Assembly: GCA_038213805.1 (NCBI GenBank)
Contig: JBBQSO010000061.1
Location: forward strand, 1 to 33,085
DNA: 33,085 nt
Source: Planctomycetota bacterium
GTDB lineage: Bacteria > Planctomycetota > UBA11346
Direction of reading: 5' to 3'
Shown here: positions 1-9,105 of the stretch, piece after piece
Numbering within the stretch: the stretch's first letter is position 1
How the letters are laid out: each line of letters starts with the position of its first letter
Translations under genes and position numbers: made by a program
The notes under the pieces: model-generated
What the model was told of the DNA's origin: nothing
Database searches by the model: none
What the model saw: the letters and a program-made list of their open reading frames with translations, nothing else

Positions 1-256
1 GCCGGATTGTTGCGCGCTGCTTCGTTTTTCTTGGTCGATTCGCTCCCGGGCACTGGGGTGTCGAGGAGGGTTCGCTGGAGGGGGCAGCCTTGGGCGTTGG
101 GCATGTCAGGGTCCGTGGGGTGGGTTGCTGGTGGGCACCGCGCAGGCTGCGCGCGCGGCCTGGCCGTACCACTGCGGGTTCGTCGGCCTTCGGCAGTCGT
201 CACCCGGCCGGCGCGGGCCAGCCTTGAGGCCAGGAGCGGCGGCGCTACCGTGCAGC

Positions 257-1768
257 ATGAAACTCGCTGCCTATGATGCGCTCATCGAACGCCTCGAGCA
301 CCTGGCGAAGGGCTCGCCGGCCTCGTATCGCACGCGCGTCGCGCTGCTCGCCGCCTTCGGCTACCTGATGGTGGGACTCGCCCTGCTGATCGGATTGGCG
401 CTGCTGGCCGCGGCCGCGGGCGTGCTGTTCATGGCCGGCAAGGCGGTGCATGGCGCCGGGGTGTTCAAGATCGCCTTCATCCTGGCCGCTCTGGGCGGCG
501 CGCTCGCCTGGTCGGTGCTGCGCGGCGTGTGGATGCGTTTCCCGCGCGTCGACGGCATCGCGCTCGCCCGCAGCGAGGCGCCCGACCTGTTCGCCGAGGT
601 CGAGAACCTGCGCCGCGCCGTCGGCTCGCCGCCGGTCCACCGCATCGTCATCACGCCAGAGTTCAACGCTGCGCTCGCGCAGCGCCCTCGGCTGGGCCTG
701 TTCGGCTGGTACGAGAACCAGCTGGTGCTGGGGCTGCCGCTGCTGCGGCGCATGGACGTGGCGCAGGCGCGTTCGGTGATCGCGCACGAGCTTGGCCATC
801 TGCGCGGCGAACACGGCCGCTTTGGCGCCTGGATCCACCGCCTGCGCGCCACCTGGGCCCATCTCGCCGCGCAGAACGCGGGCGGCCGCGTGCTGCGCGC
901 CTTCCTCGGCTGGTACGCGCCGCTGTTCAACGCCTACTCGTTCGTGCTCGCGCGTCTGCAGGAACGCGAGGCCGACCGCGTCGCGGCGCGCGCGGCGAGC
1001 GCCGCGGCCGCGGCCACGGCGCTGGTGCGCGTCGCGCTGATCGGCCGGCACAGCTCCGGCTTCTGGGAGGACCTCGGCCGCCAGGCGCTGCGCGGGCAGC
1101 AACCACCCGTCGATCTGCTCGACCGCCTCGACCGCTATCTGGCCGTCCCGCCCACGCAGGGCGCGCGTTGGCTGGGCGAAGCGCTCAACCGCGGCAACGA
1201 CCGCGATGACGTCCATCCCTGTCTCCGCGAACGGCTCGAGATCATCGGCGATCCCGCGGCCGGCCGCTCGCAGGCCGCGCTCGCACCCATGCCGGCGGCC
1301 GCGAGCGCCGCGCACGCCTGGCTGCGCGAGCGCGAGGCGGACATCGCCGGGCGCCTCAGTCGCGAGTGGCTTGCCGAGCACGGTCTGTTCTGGGCCGCGC
1401 GCCTCCGCCAGGGGCAGGAGCTGGCCACGCGCCGCGCCGCCCTCGTGGCGCGGCGCGAAGCCGACGCCATCACTATCGACGAGCGCTGGGAACTGGTCGA
1501 CGCCATCCACCGGCTCGATGGCCAGGCGGCCGCGCGACCGGCGCTCGAGGAGCTTCTCACGGCCAAGCCCGATCACGCGCCCGCGTTGTTCCTGCTCGGC
1601 CGCGAACTGCTCGAGGATGGTGACGCGCGCGGGGTGCCACTGATCGAGGGGGCGATCGCCCACGATGCCGACGCGGCCGGCCCGGGTTATGCGCTGCTGC
1701 GCGACTTCGCCGACGCCCAGGGGCGTCGCGACAAGATCATGGAGTTGGAGCAGCGAGCGGGGGGGTAG
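257..1768 (+). CDS. M48 (HtpX/Ste24-like) zinc metallopeptidase, membrane-anchored, with C-terminal TPR-like helical region
   Basis: Two N-terminal hydrophobic helices, FNAA motif, HELGH (HExxH), downstream QEREADR third-ligand motif and DVHP. Start set at ATG 257 (MKLAAYD) inside the longer ORF 125..1768. Confidence 0.85.
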   Translation: MKLAAYDALIERLEHLAKGSPASYRTRVALLAAFGYLMVGLALLIGLALLAAAAGVLFMAGKAVHGAGVFKIAFILAALGGALAWSVLRGVWMRFPRVDGIALARSEAPDLFAEVENLRRAVGSPPVHRIVITPEFNAALAQRPRLGLFGWYENQLVLGLPLLRRMDVAQARSVIAHELGHLRGEHGRFGAWIHRLRATWAHLAAQNAGGRVLRAFLGWYAPLFNAYSFVLARLQEREADRVAARAASAAAAATALVRVALIGRHSSGFWEDLGRQALRGQQPPVDLLDRLDRYLAVPPTQGARWLGEALNRGNDRDDVHPCLRERLEIIGDPAAGRSQAALAPMPAAASAAHAWLREREADIAGRLSREWLAEHGLFWAARLRQGQELATRRAALVARREADAITIDERWELVDAIHRLDGQAAARPALEELLTAKPDHAPALFLLGRELLEDGDARGVPLIEGAIAHDADAAGPGYALLRDFADAQGRRDKIMELEQRAGG

Positions 1769-1834
1769 GGGTGCAAGACGCACGGTGCGAGGCGCGAGAA
1801 AATCAGCTCTCGCCGCAGACGTCCAGGAACTCCC

Positions 1835-2542
1835 TCACTCCCCACGCACCGTCTTTTCGATCTCCAACCGATACCCCGCGCTTTTCGGCAGCGCGACGAC
1901 GCGCATGGTTCCGGTCAGGGTGCCGCCACTTGGACAGCAGTTGGAGTCACCGTGATGGTAGATGTGCGTGCGGCAGGTCAGCGCGCGCTCGGAGAGCTCC
2001 AGCCACCAGCCCTTCCACAATGCCTCGTCGGCACGTAGGGGAGCGGGCAGTTCGAGCACGACCTGGGCCTCTGCGATGGCGGTGTCGCTGATGACGAAGA
2101 GGTGCGGGATGAGCTGCGCGCCCGTGCCCATCACCAGCTCGGGTGCGTAGAGGAAGTGCACGTTCTCACCCTGGCCCGCCGGCATGGTGGTGAACAGCGT
2201 CGGGGTGAGCAGGTGGGAGGTCGGATCCGAAATCAGTTCGCGCAGCAGCGTCCAGCCATGCTCCTCCCGGCGCCACACGCGTAGGCGGTCCTGGCCGTCC
2301 CCGGGTGATGCGGTGTTGGCGTGCAAGGTCACGAACAGGGTGGCGTTGCCGAAGTCCGCCTCGGTGTACGCCCAGGTCAACTCCCATGGCCCGGTGTGGC
2401 CGGTCAGGGCGGCGGCGTTCGCGGCGGCGGGTATGGCCGCGACCACCGCGGCCTTGCTGAGCACCTCGGCGGGCGGGGCGTCAACTGGCAGCAGCAGTAG
2501 AAGCGCGATGGCGAGCGCGGCGCAGCGCATCGCCCGCCTCAT
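1835..2542 (-). CDS. secreted protein with C-terminal DxxCCPS motif (LppP/LprE-like)
   Basis: N-terminal signal-like hydrophobic stretch; GDSNCCPSGG near the C-terminus; start overlaps the tyrA stop by 4 bp. Confidence 0.6.
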   Translation of the reverse strand: MRRAMRCAALAIALLLLLPVDAPPAEVLSKAAVVAAIPAAANAAALTGHTGPWELTWAYTEADFGNATLFVTLHANTASPGDGQDRLRVWRREEHGWTLLRELISDPTSHLLTPTLFTTMPAGQGENVHFLYAPELVMGTGAQLIPHLFVISDTAIAEAQVVLELPAPLRADEALWKGWWLELSERALTCRTHIYHHGDSNCCPSGGTLTGTMRVVALPKSAGYRLEIEKTVRGE

Positions 2543-3411
2543 TCCTCGGCGGCGCCGCGGTCATGGGCGTCCGCCGGCGCGCGCGTCTCGTCGAAGCGCT
2601 GCCGGCCGGCGCGGCCGCGTTCGAGCCAACTCCACACCGCGTTGGCGTCGCGCTTGGCAAGCGCGTCCTCGAGGTCACGCAGCCGGGTGATGCCGGCGCG
2701 CAGCTCGTCGAGCACGGCGCGGCGGTTGTGCAGCAGGATATCGCTCCACAGCCCGGCGTTGCCGGCGGCGACACGGGTGGTGTCGCGGAAGCCCGAGGCG
2801 GCGATCGGGGCGGCGGGCGGGCTCAGCCCGGCGGCGGCGGCGGCGGCGAGCACGTGCGGCAGGTGCGAGGCCTGGGCCACCGCGAGATCGTGCGCGTCGG
2901 GACTCAGGCGCAGGGTCTTGCAACCGACCGCCTGCCACAGGCGCTCGACCAGCGCGACCGCCGCGGGCGGAGTCTCGGCCAGCGGCGTGAGGATGCTGGT
3001 GGCACCGCGGTAGAGGGCGGCATCGGCGTGTTCCAGGCCCTGCTGGTGGCTGCCGCACATGGGATGGCTGCCGACGAAACGGCCGCTGCGCGCCAGGTCG
3101 GCAAGTTCGTGGCAGATCACGCCCTTGACGCTGCCGACGTCGGTGAAGACGGCGCGTGTGGTGAAGGGGACCAGGGCGCGGATGTGCTCGGCGATGATGC
3201 TGACCGGCGTGCACACCACCACCACGTCGCAGTCGGCCACGGCCCCGGGCAGGTCGGTGACCGGCGTGCCGAAGCCCAGCTCGGCCGCCTGGGTGACCAC
3301 CTCGCGGCGCCGATGGTGGAGGCGTACCGTCCATTCCGATCCGACCAGCGCCGCGGCTAGGCTGCCACCCATCAGCCCGAGTCCGCTGATCAGCACGGTC
3401 GGCGAGGTCAT
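2539..3411 (-). CDS. tyrA: prephenate/arogenate dehydrogenase
   Basis: GLGLMGGS Rossmann motif, DVGSVK, HPMCG, SHLPH and SGFRDTTRVA are TyrA hallmarks; start at MTSPTVLISG. Confidence 0.93.
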   Translation of the reverse strand: MTSPTVLISGLGLMGGSLAAALVGSEWTVRLHHRRREVVTQAAELGFGTPVTDLPGAVADCDVVVVCTPVSIIAEHIRALVPFTTRAVFTDVGSVKGVICHELADLARSGRFVGSHPMCGSHQQGLEHADAALYRGATSILTPLAETPPAAVALVERLWQAVGCKTLRLSPDAHDLAVAQASHLPHVLAAAAAAGLSPPAAPIAASGFRDTTRVAAGNAGLWSDILLHNRRAVLDELRAGITRLRDLEDALAKRDANAVWSWLERGRAGRQRFDETRAPADAHDRGAAEE

Positions 3412-3683
3412 GCCGGCACCTTGGAGGACTGGTCCGGGGTCGCAACCGCCGATTATCAGCCTTCCACAGGGCGCGTCCCAGTGCTTTGACCGGCAGGGAA
3501 GGGGCGTGGGGAAGATTCCAGTCACCGAATGGAGGGGAATGTCCCGTCTTAGGTGCGATGTGCCCTTCCGCAGGGCCGTTGAACATGGCGGTTTCGGCTC
3601 CAGCAGTGAAAACAGCCCTCCACAGGCCTGCTGTCCGGGTGGTCAAAAGCCCAAGTGGTGCGCAAAATCACCGTTTTCGGGGA

Positions 3684-3711
3684 TTGACCAGTCCAGAGCC
3701 CATCCTATCGT
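3684..3711 (+). promoter_or_regulatory. candidate sigma70 promoter for tpiA-secG-pdh
   Basis: TTGACC (3684-3689), 16 bp spacer, TATCGT (3706-3711) in the tyrA/tpiA divergent gap. Confidence 0.4.
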
Positions 3712-3809
3712 CCCCTCCCCGCGCCGCTTAGTGCGGAGGATCGCCATCCGCGGCCGTGCCGGACGCCGCTCGCAGCCACATCGCTGACCCTTGGAAAGCC
3801 ATCATCCCC

Positions 3810-4559
3810 ATGTCGCGCAAGCCGTTCATCGCCGGAAACTGGAAGCTCAATCTCACCGGCGATGAAGGCAGCGCCCTGATCGCCAGCCTGATCACCGCCG
3901 CCGCCGCAAGTCGTGCCGAGGTCGCGGTCTTCCCCACCGCCCTGGCCGTGCCCGCAGCGGTCAAGGCCGCCGCCGGCAGCGTCATCCACGTGGGCGTCCA
4001 GAACGTGCACTGGGAGGAGAAGGGCGCCTTTACCGGCGAGATCTCCGCCAGCCTGGCAAAAGCCGCGGGCGCCACGTACGTGCTGCTCGGCCACAGCGAG
4101 CGCCGCCAATATTTCGGCGAGACCGACCAGACCGTCAACAAGCGCCTCAAGGCCGTGCTCGCCCAGGGTCTGGTGCCCATCCTCGCGATCGGCGAGACCC
4201 TCGCGGAGCGCGACGGCGGCAAACTCGAGGAGGTGCTCAGCCGTCAGGTGAAGGGCGCCCTTGAGGGCTTCACCGCCGCCCAGCTGTCGACCCTGGTGCT
4301 GGCCTACGAGCCGGTGTGGGCGATCGGCACCGGCCGCACCGCCACCACCGCCCAGGCCCAGGAGGCGCACGCCTTCGTGCGCAGCGTGGTGCGCGGCATC
4401 GCTGGTGAGCTCGCCGAGCGGGTGCGCATCCAGTACGGCGGTTCGGTCAAGGCCGACAATGCCAAGGAGCTGCTCTCGCAGCCCGACGTTGACGGCGCGC
4501 TGGTGGGCGGCGCGTCGCTCAAGACCGCCGATTTCGCCGCCATCCTCGCCGCGGCCTGA
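3810..4559 (+). CDS. tpiA: triosephosphate isomerase
   Basis: AGNWK, GAFTGEIS, GHSERR, AYEPVWAIGTG, YGGSV and LVGGASL motifs. Confidence 0.98.
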   Translation: MSRKPFIAGNWKLNLTGDEGSALIASLITAAAASRAEVAVFPTALAVPAAVKAAAGSVIHVGVQNVHWEEKGAFTGEISASLAKAAGATYVLLGHSERRQYFGETDQTVNKRLKAVLAQGLVPILAIGETLAERDGGKLEEVLSRQVKGALEGFTAAQLSTLVLAYEPVWAIGTGRTATTAQAQEAHAFVRSVVRGIAGELAERVRIQYGGSVKADNAKELLSQPDVDGALVGGASLKTADFAAILAAA

Positions 4560-4606
4560 GCCGCGCGCCGCATCCATACGTGAAATAGAAGAAGAAAGAC
4601 GCCGCT

Positions 4607-5263
4607 GTGACGACGACAACCCTGATCCTGGTCATCCTGCTCTGGCCGCTGTGCCTGTTCATCATCGGCATGATCCTGCTGCAGGGTGGAGCCGGCGACC
4701 TGTCCAGCTCTTTCGGCGGCGGCGGCCAGCTTGATAGCACCCTTGGCGTCGGCGCCGGGCGCAAGATGAGCAAGATCACCGGCTGGCTGGGTGGCAGTTT
4801 CCTGCTCATTGTGACCATTCTCTCCATCCACCATGACGGAGACCTGGGTGCGGCCGCAGGCGCCAAGGGTGGCGTCGTGCCGACCACGGTCACCCCGACG
4901 GACTTCGGCGCCCAGACCGGTACCAGCACTGGTGCCGGCAAGGCCGTCGCCCCGGCTGCAACGACCGACGCGGCCAAGCCCGACGTGGTGGCGTCGCCCG
5001 CTACCGCCAAGCCGGCGGATGGTGCGGCTGCACCTTCGGCGCCTGCCACCGCGCCCGCGATCGCCCCCGCCGTGGTGCCGGCCGTCCCTGCGTCTGAAGC
5101 GCCGAAGGCTCCGAGTGCCCCCGCCCTGGTCCCGGAAGCCGCTACACCGGCTGTCGCGCCTCCGACCACGGCTGCCCCTGCGCCTGCCGAGACCAGTCCC
5201 GCCGCTCCCGCCGCTCCCGCCGCCGCGCCCGCCCATTCGGGCGTGCAGCTCGAGCCCAAGTGA
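4607..5263 (+). CDS. secG: preprotein translocase subunit SecG with long Ala/Pro-rich C-terminal tail
   Basis: Two TM helices around ILLQ-G-G-DLSSSFGGG, conserved position immediately after tpiA, then a ~140-aa low-complexity A/P/T tail; GTG start. Confidence 0.85.
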   Translation: MTTTTLILVILLWPLCLFIIGMILLQGGAGDLSSSFGGGGQLDSTLGVGAGRKMSKITGWLGGSFLLIVTILSIHHDGDLGAAAGAKGGVVPTTVTPTDFGAQTGTSTGAGKAVAPAATTDAAKPDVVASPATAKPADGAAAPSAPATAPAIAPAVVPAVPASEAPKAPSAPALVPEAATPAVAPPTTAAPAPAETSPAAPAAPAAAPAHSGVQLEPK

Positions 5264-5350
5264 TGCTTCCCGGCGCTGCGCGCCACGCTCTTTGCGCTTC
5301 CTGAAGCCTGCTGATCGCCCGCCACGCCTTCCCGTCGCGACGAGGATCCC

Positions 5351-6367
5351 ATGAGCCCGACCGCCGCCAAGCCGACCGCCATCGACACCGCTGCCGTGCG
5401 CAACGAGATGGGCAAGGAACGCCTGCTCAAGATGTACCGGCAGATGCTGCTGATCCGGCGCTTCGAGGAGCGCGCCAGCCAGGCCTACGAGGCCAAGAAG
5501 ATCGCCGGCTTCCTGCACGCGTACATCGGTCAGGAGGCGGTCCAGACCGGCTTCTACGACCACCTCGATCCGAGCAAGGACGCCACCGTCACCAGCTACC
5601 GCTGCCACGCGCTCGGCCTGCTCTGCGGCCTCGATCCCAAGGAGCTGATGGCCGAGCTGTTCGGCAAGGTCACGGGCAACGTGCGCGGCAAGGGCGGCTC
5701 GATGCACTTCTTCTCGAAGGAGAAGAACATGCTCGGCGGCCACGGCATCGTCGGCGGGCAGATCCCGGTCGGCACCGGCGCGGCGTTCAGCGCCAAGTAC
5801 CGCAAGACCGGCGGCGTCAGCATCACCTACCTGGGCGACGGCGCCTCGCCCCAGGGCACCTTTCACGAGTCGCTGAACATGGCTTCGCTGTGGAACCTGC
5901 CGGCGATCTACGTGATCGAGAACAACATGTACGGCATGGGTACGGCGTGCACGCGCGCCTCGGCGGTGCAGGACATCGCCGCGGCCAAGGCGCCGGGCTA
6001 CAACATGGCTTCGTTCACCTTCGACGGTCTCGACCTCTACGCCTCGTGGAAGACTGCGCAGCAGGCCATCGCCATCGCGCGCGCCGGCCGCCCGGTGCTG
6101 ATCGAGGCCAAGACCTACCGCTACCGCGGCCACTCGGTGTCGGACGCGGCCACCTACCGCACCAAGGAGGAGGTCGACCGCTACAAGGCGCTCGATCCCA
6201 TCGAGCGCATCAAGGTCGACCTGCTCGCTGCGAACTGGCTCACCACGGCTGGTGCGGAGCAGCTCGAGGAGCAGGTCATGACCCAGATCATGGAGGCGGT
6301 GAAGTTCTCCGATGAGAGCCCGGAACCGCCGCTCAGCGAGCTGACCCGCCACGTCTACGCCGAGTGA
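5351..6367 (+). CDS. pdhA: pyruvate dehydrogenase E1 alpha subunit
   Basis: GFLHAYIGQEA, GKGGSMH, GDGA..ENN TPP-binding motif, TYRYRGHS.SD. Confidence 0.97.
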   Translation: MSPTAAKPTAIDTAAVRNEMGKERLLKMYRQMLLIRRFEERASQAYEAKKIAGFLHAYIGQEAVQTGFYDHLDPSKDATVTSYRCHALGLLCGLDPKELMAELFGKVTGNVRGKGGSMHFFSKEKNMLGGHGIVGGQIPVGTGAAFSAKYRKTGGVSITYLGDGASPQGTFHESLNMASLWNLPAIYVIENNMYGMGTACTRASAVQDIAAAKAPGYNMASFTFDGLDLYASWKTAQQAIAIARAGRPVLIEAKTYRYRGHSVSDAATYRTKEEVDRYKALDPIERIKVDLLAANWLTTAGAEQLEEQVMTQIMEAVKFSDESPEPPLSELTRHVYAE

Positions 6368-6431
6368 TCCGGGGCGCTCCGCCCCATCCGCCTGCTCCAC
6401 GTCCGCCCTCCGCCTCCCCGAGGATCATCCG

Positions 6432-7511
6432 ATGTCCGCTCTGACGGCTCCCCCGCTGAAGGCCTCGCGCCCGATCAACACCAAGGCCAGCGAGCCGATC
6501 AACGGCCACAAGGGCATCCTGCTCTCGGACGGCACCCAGCTGGTCAACATGCGCATGGCGATCTGCCAGGCGCTGTACGAGGAGATGAAGCGCGACCCGG
6601 CCATCTTCATCATGGGCGAGGAGGTCGCGCAGTACAACGGCGCCTACAAGGTGACCAAGGGTCTGCTCGACGAGTTCGGCGCCGAGCGCGTCATCGACAC
6701 CCCCATCACGGAGTCCGGCTTCGCCGGCTTGGCGATCGGCGCGGCGATGACCGGCCTGCGCCCGGTGATCGAGTTCATGTCGTGGAACTTCAGCTTCCCG
6801 GCCTTCGACCAGATCATCTCCAACGCCTCGAAGATGTGCTACATGACCGGCGGCATGTTCCCCATCCCGCTGGTGATGCGTGGCCCCAACGGTGCGGGCC
6901 CGCGCGTCAGCTCGCAGCACAGTCACGCGGTCGAAGCGCTCTACAGCCATTTCCCCGGTCTCATCGTGGTCAGCCCGTCGACGCCCTACGACGCCAAGGG
7001 CCTGATGAAGACCGCGCTGCGCCAGCCGAATCCGGTGTGCTTCCTCGAGAACGAGATGCTCTACAACTACGAGCAGGACATCCCCACCGCGGACTACGCC
7101 ATCCCCTTCGGCAAGGGCGTGGTGCGGCGCGAGGGTGGCGACTGCACGATCGTGGCGATCAACCGCTGCGTGCACTGGGCGCTCGAGGCGGCCGACGCGT
7201 TGGCCAAGGACGGCATCCAGTGCGAGGTCGTTGATCCGCGCACCATCAAGCCGCTCGACATCGAGCTGATCGCGGAGTCGGTGCGCAAGACCAGCCGCTG
7301 CGTGGTGGTCGAGGAGTGCTATCGCACCGGTGGCGTCGGCGCCGAGATCGCGGCGCAGCTGATGGAGCGCGTGTTCGACGACCTCGACGCTCCGGTCGGC
7401 CGCGTCACCACCACCGAGAATCCCATGCCGTACGCGGCGAACCTCGAACACGAGACGCTGCCCAAGCCGCACCGCATCATCGCGGCGGTGAAGCAGGCGT
7501 GTTATCGATGA
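6432..7511 (+). CDS. pdhB: pyruvate dehydrogenase E1 beta subunit
   Basis: GEEVAQYNGAYKVTKGL, DTPITESGFAG, EFMSWNF, QHS, DPRTIKPLD. Confidence 0.97.
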   Translation: MSALTAPPLKASRPINTKASEPINGHKGILLSDGTQLVNMRMAICQALYEEMKRDPAIFIMGEEVAQYNGAYKVTKGLLDEFGAERVIDTPITESGFAGLAIGAAMTGLRPVIEFMSWNFSFPAFDQIISNASKMCYMTGGMFPIPLVMRGPNGAGPRVSSQHSHAVEALYSHFPGLIVVSPSTPYDAKGLMKTALRQPNPVCFLENEMLYNYEQDIPTADYAIPFGKGVVRREGGDCTIVAINRCVHWALEAADALAKDGIQCEVVDPRTIKPLDIELIAESVRKTSRCVVVEECYRTGGVGAEIAAQLMERVFDDLDAPVGRVTTTENPMPYAANLEHETLPKPHRIIAAVKQACYR

Positions 7512-7524
7512 GACGGATTGCCAC

Positions 7525-7669
7525 GGTCCGGAGGTCCGGAAGTCCGGACGTCCGGAAGTCGACAGCCCTCAGACGCGAAGACGCATAAGCCTTTCAGCAC
7601 CTCGATCCCACCCCGTGAATTCTGTCGTCCGGAGACTTCCGGACTTCCGGACTCCCGGACTTCCGGACC
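7525..7669. repeat. inverted pair of octamer tandem repeats, (NGTCCGGA)x4.5 .. (GACTYCCG)x4.5
   Basis: Left arm 7525-7560, right arm 7627-7669; complementarity extends into unique GACAG (7561-7565) / CTGTC (7622-7626). Confidence 0.9.
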
Positions 7670-7678
7670 CTGCCCCCC

Positions 7679-8986
7679 ATGATCATCGAACAGCTCGTCC
7701 CCGCCAAATCCCCGACCATGACCGAAGGCACGATCGTCGCATGGCGCGTCAAGCCCGGCGACAAGGTCAAGAGCGGTGACGTGATCGCCGAGATCGCCAC
7801 CGACAAGGCCACGGTCGAGTGGGAGGCGCTCGATGGCGGCACGGTTGCGGAGATCCTGATCCCGGCCGGTGCGCTTGCCCAGGTCAACCAGGTGGCGGCG
7901 ATCTTCACCACCAAGCCCGACGACGACGTCAAGGCGGCGGTGGCCAAAGCCAAGGAGACCAACGCCAAGTTCACGGGCGGCGCCGCGCCCGCCGCCGCGG
8001 CCGCCGCCGCGGCCACGCCGACTCCGGCCGCTGTTCCCGCGGTGACGCCTGCGGCCACGGCGCCATCAGCCATCAGCCATCAGCCATCAGCCCTGCCCAG
8101 GGGCATCCGCGTCTCCCCCGTCGCCGCCAAGATCGCCGCCGCCCAGTCCGTCGACCTGCGCGCGATCAAGGGTTCCGGTCCGGACGGCCGCATCGTGCGC
8201 CGCGACGTCGAGGCCGCCGCGAAGTCCGGATCGGCCAAGCTGGGTGCCGCAGGCGGCGCGCCGGCGAAGGCCGAGAAGCCGAAACTCAAGGTCCTGCGTC
8301 CTGATGGCGCGGTCAGCGACGTGGCGATGTCGCCGATGCGCACCATCATCGGCAAGCGTCTGCTCGAGGCCAAGACCCAGATCCCGCACTTCTATGTCAC
8401 CGAAACCGTCGACGCGGGCGCGCTGAGCACGCTGCGTGAACAGGCCAACCTGCTCGATGGCCTCAAGGTCACGGTCAACGACCTGATCGTGCGCGCCACG
8501 GCGCTCGCGCTGCGTGTGCACCCCAAGCTCAACGCCACCTACCAGGGCACTTCGATCCGCCAGCACGACAGCGCCGACATCTGCGTCGCGGTGGCCATCC
8601 CCGATGGCCTGATCACGCCGATCGTCGCCAAGGCGCACACCAAGAGCGTGCGTCAGATCGGCGACGAGGTGCGCGCGCTCGCCAAGAAGGCGGTCGACGG
8701 CAAGCTCCAACCCGCCGAGTTCCAGGGCGGCAGCTTCACCATCTCGAACCTGGGCATGTTCGGTATCAGCGAGTTCGTCGCGATCATCAACCCGCCCCAG
8801 GTCGCCATCCTTGCCGTCGCGGGCATCAAGGACGAGCCGGTGGTGCGCGGTGGGCAGGTGGTCCCCGGCAAGGTCATGCGCCTGACCATCAGCGCCGACC
8901 ACCGCGCGGTCGACGGCGCCGACGCCGCGGCCTTCCTCAAGACCCTGCGCGAACTGCTGGAAGCCCCGGCGACGCTGCTGATCTAA
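7679..8986 (+). CDS. pdhC: pyruvate dehydrogenase E2 dihydrolipoamide acetyltransferase (single lipoyl domain)
   Basis: SPTMTEG..ATDKAT lipoyl-Lys motif, Ala/Pro linker, SPVA..GSGPDGRI E3-binding domain, catalytic DHRAVDG. Confidence 0.97.
   Translation: MIIEQLVPAKSPTMTEGTIVAWRVKPGDKVKSGDVIAEIATDKATVEWEALDGGTVAEILIPAGALAQVNQVAAIFTTKPDDDVKAAVAKAKETNAKFTGGAAPAAAAAAAATPTPAAVPAVTPAATAPSAISHQPSALPRGIRVSPVAAKIAAAQSVDLRAIKGSGPDGRIVRRDVEAAAKSGSAKLGAAGGAPAKAEKPKLKVLRPDGAVSDVAMSPMRTIIGKRLLEAKTQIPHFYVTETVDAGALSTLREQANLLDGLKVTVNDLIVRATALALRVHPKLNATYQGTSIRQHDSADICVAVAIPDGLITPIVAKAHTKSVRQIGDEVRALAKKAVDGKLQPAEFQGGSFTISNLGMFGISEFVAIINPPQVAILAVAGIKDEPVVRGGQVVPGKVMRLTISADHRAVDGADAAAFLKTLRELLEAPATLLI
8062..8092 (+). 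repeat. (GCCATCA)x4.4 heptamer tract inside pdhC linker
   Basis: Perfect tandem repeat, same unit as the arrays at 25182 and 32954; translates in frame as PSAISHQPSA. Confidence 0.92.
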
Positions 8987-8990
8987 GGCC

Positions 8991-9083
8991 AACGTCCGGC
9001 CTCCGCTGTCCGACGGTGAAGTCCGACAGCGGACCACCGGCGTGATGTCGGGATGGCAAGACATCGGACTTCGGACTTCGGAC
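8991..9083. repeat. degenerate heptamer variant (GAAGTCC / GGACTTC) with internal hairpin
   Basis: TCC recurs every 7 bp at 8991-9011; 13-bp stem with 1 mismatch at 9002-9033; GGACTTC x2.6 at 9066-9083. Confidence 0.6.
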
Positions 9084-9105
9084 ATTCACGAAAAGAAAGA
9101 CTCCC

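Noticed and set aside
1..104. Possible minus-strand gene start (ATG at 104, MPNAQGCPLQRTLLDT..) running off the window
   Set aside because: Only 34 codons are visible, with no recognisable motif; it cannot be supported.
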